From an uncultured bacterium (lineage in GTDB: Bacteria > Caldisericota > Caldisericia > B22-G15), in the NCBI GenBank assembly GCA_965612865.1, contig CBFDTJ010000044.1, positions 1-12,267 on the forward strand: DNA of 12,267 nt. The letters run 5' to 3'. This document shows, one piece after another, positions 7,977 through 12,267 of this stretch. Numbering within the stretch: the stretch's first letter is position 1; each line of letters starts with the position of its first letter. The position numbers were made by a program, and so were the translations under genes. Under the pieces are notes generated by a model that made no database searches, had not been told where the DNA came from, and saw only the letters and a program-made list of their open reading frames with translations.

Positions 7977-10567
7977 TAACCCTCAAGCTCTCCAAGATGT
8001 TTTTTGAGTAGTTTCAAAGTGTTAACATCCTCTTTTAATTTTGATTCACTTTCTTTCACCACATTCCTTGGGGCTTTATCCCTGAAATGAGAATTCGACA
8101 GCCTTGAGGTTAAAGTATTTATTTCTTTCTCAAGTTTTTCTATATTTTTCTTTAGATTTTTTATGCTCTCTTCGATTGGAAAATCTTCATTTAAATATAG
8201 GTATACCTCATTCCCGAGTACAGCATCGCTTATCCTTTTTAAATTGCTCATCTCCTCTGGGATTATTTCAGAGGCAGATAGATATTCAATATATTTTTTC
8301 CAATATTCAAGCTTTTTGTTAGAGAACTTTATAAAAACTTTTTCTTTCTTCCTAACAGGAATATTAAGTATGCTCTTTAAATTTCTTATGCTTCTTGTTA
8401 TCTCCATGAATTCATTAAATTCATCCTCAATATTTTCATCTCTAATAAAGTTATTTGCTTCTGGATATGAAGAAACCATGATGCTTTTCTCTTTAACCGG
8501 AAGAAGTTTAAATAATTTCTCTGTTATAAAGGGAATGAAAGGATGTAAAAGCTTAAGAGAATTGGAAAACACAGTAAAGAGAACCCATTTTGCTGTTGAA
8601 TCATTTCTTAATTTTGAAATCTCAATATACCAATCGCAGAATTCATGCCAGAAAAATTCATAGAGAGAATTGGATATTTCGCCAAATTCATAATTTTCTA
8701 TAAGTTCATTTGCCTTCTCGCTTATTTTGGAAAGTCGTGTTAGAATCCATATATCCTCTCTTTTAAATTCAGGTGATGTAATCGTATCTGGGTCAAAATC
8801 TTTAAGTGTGTTTATAACAAATCTCCCTGCATTCCATATCTTGTTCATGAAGTTTCTTGCAAATTTCACTCTTCCTTCAGAGAAATTTATATCCTGACCG
8901 CCCACTGTGGAAAGAAGGGCAAAGGTATACCTTGTAGCATCTGCTCCATATTTATCTAAAAGTTCCAGTGGATCTATAACATTCCCGAGGGTTTTACTCA
9001 TCTTCTTTCCCTTCTCATCTCTTATAAGTCCATGTAGATATACATGTTTAAACGGTTCCTCTTTCATAAAATACATTCCAAACATAATCATTCTTGCCAC
9101 CCAGAAGAAGAGTATGTCATAACCTGTAACAAGAAGAGATGTTGGATAGAAGTATTTAAGATCCCCGGTATTTTCAGGCCAGCCAAGAGTGGCAAAAGGC
9201 CAGAGCCCAGAAGAAAACCATGTGTCAAGAACATCCGGATCCCTTTCAACTTCTCCTCCACACTTTGGACATTTATCTATCTCTTCAATAGATGCTGTAA
9301 CTTCGCCACACTCTTTGCAGTAATATATAGGTATTCTGTGTCCCCACCATATCTGTCTTGATATGCACCAATCTCTTATATTTGTAAGCCAGTCTTCATA
9401 GACTTTTATCCACCTTTCGGGTATTATCTTTATTTTTCCCTCTCTTACAGCTTTTAAACCTTCCTCAGCGAGAGGTTTCATCTTTATAAACCACTGCTTT
9501 GAAATTATTGGCTCAATAGCAGTTTTACATCTATCATGGACACCTATAGAGTGAACATAATCTTCTACTTTTACAAGGTATCCCTCTTCTCTCAATTCCT
9601 CAACTATCTTTTCTCTCGCTTCTTCCCTTGTAAGTCCCATAAATTTACCGCCATTTTCGTTTATAATAGCATCCAAAGTAAAAATGTTTATTTTTGGAAG
9701 GTTGTGTCTTTCACCCATCTCGAAATCATTGGGATCATGTGCAGGTGTCACCTTAACAGCACCTGTTCCAAAATCCATATCAACCTTTTTATCAGCAATT
9801 ATAGGTATTTTTCTTCCAACTAGCGGAAGTATAACAATTTTTCCAACATAATCTTTGAACCTTTCATCCTCTGGATTCACAGCAACAGCGGTATCTCCAA
9901 GCATTGTTTCAGGTCTCGTTGTCGCAACTACAATGCCACCCTCTCCATCTTCAAAAGGATACTTTATATAGTAGAGTTTTGCCTTCTCCTCTTTATATTC
10001 AACTTCAAGATCAGAAAGGGCAGTATGACATTTTGGACACCAGTTTATCATATACTCCCCTCTATATATTTTTCCGTCATTATATAACTTCACGAAGGCT
10101 TCAAGGACAGCCTTTTGATAAGATTCATCCATGGTAAATCTATGCCTTTTCCAATCAGCTGCTATACCAAGTCTTTTCTGCTGATTTACAATTCTATCAC
10201 CATATTTCTCTTTCCACTCCCACACCTTTTTAAGAAATTTCTCTCTTCCAAGTTCATCTTTGCTAAGTCCTTCTTTAATCAATTCTCTCTCAACCATAAG
10301 TTGGGTTGCTATACCGGCATGGTCAACTCCAGGAAGCCAGAGAGTTTCAAAACCCTTCATTTTTTTAAATCTTATCATTATGTCTTGAATAGTAGAATCA
10401 AAAGCATGCCCAAGATGAAGAGACCCGGTAACATTCGGCGGAGGCATAACAATGGTGTAAGGTTTACGGGAATCATCTACATTTGCATGAAAGAGATCCT
10501 CCCTTAACCAGAATTCATAGATTTCCTTTTCAATTTCGTGAGGTGCATAAACAGACTTCAGATCCAT
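7976..10567 (-). CDS. valS: Valine--tRNA ligase
   Basis: PPPNVTGSLHLGH (HIGH motif), DHAGIATQ, ATTRPETMLGD, GTGAVKVTPAHDPND, DWCISRQIWWGHRIP, DVLDTWFSS, KMSKT (KMSKS motif) and a C-terminal coiled coil; AAGGAGG RBS. Confidence 0.99.
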   Translation of the reverse strand: MDLKSVYAPHEIEKEIYEFWLREDLFHANVDDSRKPYTIVMPPPNVTGSLHLGHAFDSTIQDIMIRFKKMKGFETLWLPGVDHAGIATQLMVERELIKEGLSKDELGREKFLKKVWEWKEKYGDRIVNQQKRLGIAADWKRHRFTMDESYQKAVLEAFVKLYNDGKIYRGEYMINWCPKCHTALSDLEVEYKEEKAKLYYIKYPFEDGEGGIVVATTRPETMLGDTAVAVNPEDERFKDYVGKIVILPLVGRKIPIIADKKVDMDFGTGAVKVTPAHDPNDFEMGERHNLPKINIFTLDAIINENGGKFMGLTREEAREKIVEELREEGYLVKVEDYVHSIGVHDRCKTAIEPIISKQWFIKMKPLAEEGLKAVREGKIKIIPERWIKVYEDWLTNIRDWCISRQIWWGHRIPIYYCKECGEVTASIEEIDKCPKCGGEVERDPDVLDTWFSSGLWPFATLGWPENTGDLKYFYPTSLLVTGYDILFFWVARMIMFGMYFMKEEPFKHVYLHGLIRDEKGKKMSKTLGNVIDPLELLDKYGADATRYTFALLSTVGGQDINFSEGRVKFARNFMNKIWNAGRFVINTLKDFDPDTITSPEFKREDIWILTRLSKISEKANELIENYEFGEISNSLYEFFWHEFCDWYIEISKLRNDSTAKWVLFTVFSNSLKLLHPFIPFITEKLFKLLPVKEKSIMVSSYPEANNFIRDENIEDEFNEFMEITRSIRNLKSILNIPVRKKEKVFIKFSNKKLEYWKKYIEYLSASEIIPEEMSNLKRISDAVLGNEVYLYLNEDFPIEESIKNLKKNIEKLEKEINTLTSRLSNSHFRDKAPRNVVKESESKLKEDVNTLKLLKKHLGELEG

Positions 10568-10574
10568 TAGAATT

Positions 10575-10581
10575 CCTCCTT
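10575..10581 (-). promoter_or_regulatory. Shine-Dalgarno sequence of valS
   Basis: AAGGAGG on the minus strand, 7 nt upstream of the ATG at 10567. Confidence 0.85.
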
Positions 10582-10599
10582 AATCAGTTTCTTTTGAAA

Positions 10600-10628
10600 A
10601 TTATACAATAATTTGCTTTTATACCCAA
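10600..10628 (-). promoter_or_regulatory. Putative sigma70-type promoter upstream of valS
   Basis: Minus strand: TTGGGT (10628-10623), 17 nt, perfect TATAAT (10605-10600), in the only sizeable intergenic gap (10568-10634). Confidence 0.6.
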
Positions 10629-10634
10629 GAGAAA

Positions 10635-11354
10635 TTAAATTTTCTTCATGAATTTGACTTCTCTCTCACCCTCATCTGAATAGTCGGGAATATGAATCTC
10701 TCCACTCTTAACATATGCAGTAAACTCTCTTTTCTCTATTTTTACCCTATAGACCCCGGAAGATGGTAGCAATTTTAACCCTTTTACTTTCAAAGTCTTT
10801 TTAATAATCCTCCCTAGTATAAAATATGGATAGAATAAAAATCTATTTGCAGTTTCAATTTCTCCCCTTCTAATAAGTTCTCTTATTTTACTGCTACTTA
10901 TTTTTTCATTTTCTCTTCTCTCCTCCGTAACACTTATCACATGAAATCCAAATCTTTCACCAAGATTCGAGAGCAACTCCACATTTCCTTTTCTTTTGTA
11001 TCCAAATCTGAAGTTTCTGCCAACAACTACTGTCTTTAACCTGATCTTACTTAAAAGGAAATTAACAAATTCCTCAGGTTTTAATAAAGATATAGCTCTG
11101 TCAAATGGTAAAAACACAACTGCATCAATGTTTAAATTTTTAAGTATCAACTCTTTTTCATGAGGTAGAAAGGTTACGCCCTTCTCTCTATTAAAGTATA
11201 TAAATGGTGGTGGAAAAAAGGAAAGAATAACTCTTTTTCCTTCAAAATCCAATAGCTTCTTTATAAGCTTAATGTGACCAATATGAATGGCATCAAAGCT
11301 TCCAATAGATAGATTTACATCATGAAGTTCAGGTAAATTATGGAAAACCCTCAT
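10635..11354 (-). CDS. ribF: RibF-family FAD synthetase: intact FMN adenylyltransferase domain with a shortened, degenerate riboflavin-kinase domain
   Basis: IGSFDAIHIGH, VVGRNFRFG and ISSSKIR...G motifs; sits directly after truB with an ATGA overlap; only 239 aa; the C-terminus keeps LP..GVY and EIHI.DY but lacks GFPTAN and G.RPT. Confidence 0.88.
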   Translation of the reverse strand: MRVFHNLPELHDVNLSIGSFDAIHIGHIKLIKKLLDFEGKRVILSFFPPPFIYFNREKGVTFLPHEKELILKNLNIDAVVFLPFDRAISLLKPEEFVNFLLSKIRLKTVVVGRNFRFGYKRKGNVELLSNLGERFGFHVISVTEERRENEKISSSKIRELIRRGEIETANRFLFYPYFILGRIIKKTLKVKGLKLLPSSGVYRVKIEKREFTAYVKSGEIHIPDYSDEGEREVKFMKKI

Positions 11355-12256
11355 GGTATATTAAATATTCTTACAGGTTTTAACTCTCCCACCCCCTCAA
11401 AAAATTTCCCTATCCCTACAGCTTTTCCCCTGGAATTTAACACCAGTACATATCCTCCTCTCAAGTAGGGGTGATCGAATCTAATCTGGTTGCCTGTCTT
11501 AAACAGAAATAATTTGCGTTTTGGAAGAGCAACCCGAGGTATAAAATCAAGAAAATCTTCTATACTCATTAGCATCTCATTAAAGTTGCCAGCCTTAGTG
11601 TAGTTTATAATGTCGTCAAGGTGAAGGCTATCTTTTAGCTCAAGTTTCCCAACAGCAGTTCTTACAAGATAAGAAAGGGTTCCACCAACTTTCAATTTCC
11701 TCCCTATGTCTCTTGCAACGCTCCTCATATATGTTCCAGAGGAACATAGAATTCTAAAATCAAATTTGGGATGTTTGCCGCTCCTAAAATTTAAGATATC
11801 GAACTGAAATATTTCAACTTCCCTTTCCTTTAATTGAACCTCTTCGCCTCTTTTTGCAAGTTCATAAGCTCTTTTCCCATCCACTCTTTTTGCCGAGAAT
11901 TTTGGGGGAATTTGTTTTATCTTTCCTACAAACTTTTCCTTTAAAGCCTCTACATCTTTTAAAGTTATATGACTTGCATCTTTATCACTGGTTAGCTTCC
12001 CCCATATATCATGAGTGTCAGTTTCCATACCAAGTGTTATCTCGCCCTCATATTCTTTTGGTAATAGAAGCAGAAGAGATGTAAGTTTTGTAGCTTCACC
12101 TATAAGAAGAGGTAACACACCTTGGGCCATAAAATCTATGATACCTCCATGACCGGCTTTCTTTACCCCTATTACCTTCTTTACAAAAGACAGTAAGGCA
12201 AAGGAGGTTATCCCGGGAGGTTTGTAAACATTAATTATCCCTGTCAAGTCTTTCAA
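11351..12256 (-). CDS. truB: tRNA pseudouridine(55) synthase
   Basis: KPPGITS, GHGGIID (catalytic Asp41), KEY, G.ETDT.D..G, Q.PP.FSA....GKRAYELA, CSSGTYMRS and L.RT.VG motifs, plus a C-terminal PUA-like region; TTG start after GGAGA. Confidence 0.96.
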   Translation of the reverse strand: MKDLTGIINVYKPPGITSFALLSFVKKVIGVKKAGHGGIIDFMAQGVLPLLIGEATKLTSLLLLLPKEYEGEITLGMETDTHDIWGKLTSDKDASHITLKDVEALKEKFVGKIKQIPPKFSAKRVDGKRAYELAKRGEEVQLKEREVEIFQFDILNFRSGKHPKFDFRILCSSGTYMRSVARDIGRKLKVGGTLSYLVRTAVGKLELKDSLHLDDIINYTKAGNFNEMLMSIEDFLDFIPRVALPKRKLFLFKTGNQIRFDHPYLRGGYVLVLNSRGKAVGIGKFFEGVGELKPVRIFNIP

Positions 12257-12267
12257 TCTTTATCTCC

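Noticed and set aside
6651..10567. Motif variants KMSKT in ValS and GTKGKGS in FolC as novelties
   Set aside because: Both are conservative variants within the known range of these families.
10635..11354. ribF as a frameshifted pseudogene
   Set aside because: The frame is continuous, the adenylyltransferase motifs are intact, the kinase remnants are collinear in the same frame, and the downstream gap shows no recognisable continuation.
391..12084. All plus-strand ORFs of 60-170 aa in the track (e.g. 3260-3670, 4300-4698, 8163-8663, 10115-10507)
   Set aside because: They are antisense shadows of well-supported minus-strand genes, with Ser/Phe/Ile-rich composition and no recognisable motifs.
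1..12267. CRISPR array, tRNA/rRNA, riboswitch or intrinsic terminator
   Set aside because: The window is almost entirely coding, the largest gap is 67 bp, and I saw no spaced direct repeats or GC-rich hairpin with a U-tract.

Overview
AT-rich bacterial housekeeping and energy-metabolism region with every credible gene on the minus strand. In transcription order: truB, a shortened ribF, a 67-bp gap with a sigma70-like promoter, valS, folC, a membrane protein with a double zinc ribbon, rnfC-rnfD-rnfG-rnfE-rnfA-rnfB, and a secreted beta-repeat protein cut off at the contig end. Bases 1-47 are not biological: they are an Illumina Nextera i5 adapter, which creates the false C-terminus 'LSLIHI*' of the last ORF. 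I saw no CRISPR array, RNA gene or genuine mobile element. Most content belongs to well-known families. The most notable points are (i) an uncharacterised membrane/double-zinc-ribbon gene whose stop overlaps the rnfC start, a candidate Rnf partner or regulator; (ii) a RibF whose riboflavin-kinase domain has lost its key motifs without any frameshift; (iii) an apparent valS-folC-rnf supra-operon; (iv) a probable leaderless transcript for the secreted repeat protein; and (v) a non-canonical TruB catalytic motif. All family calls come from motif recognition by eye; no database search was run.
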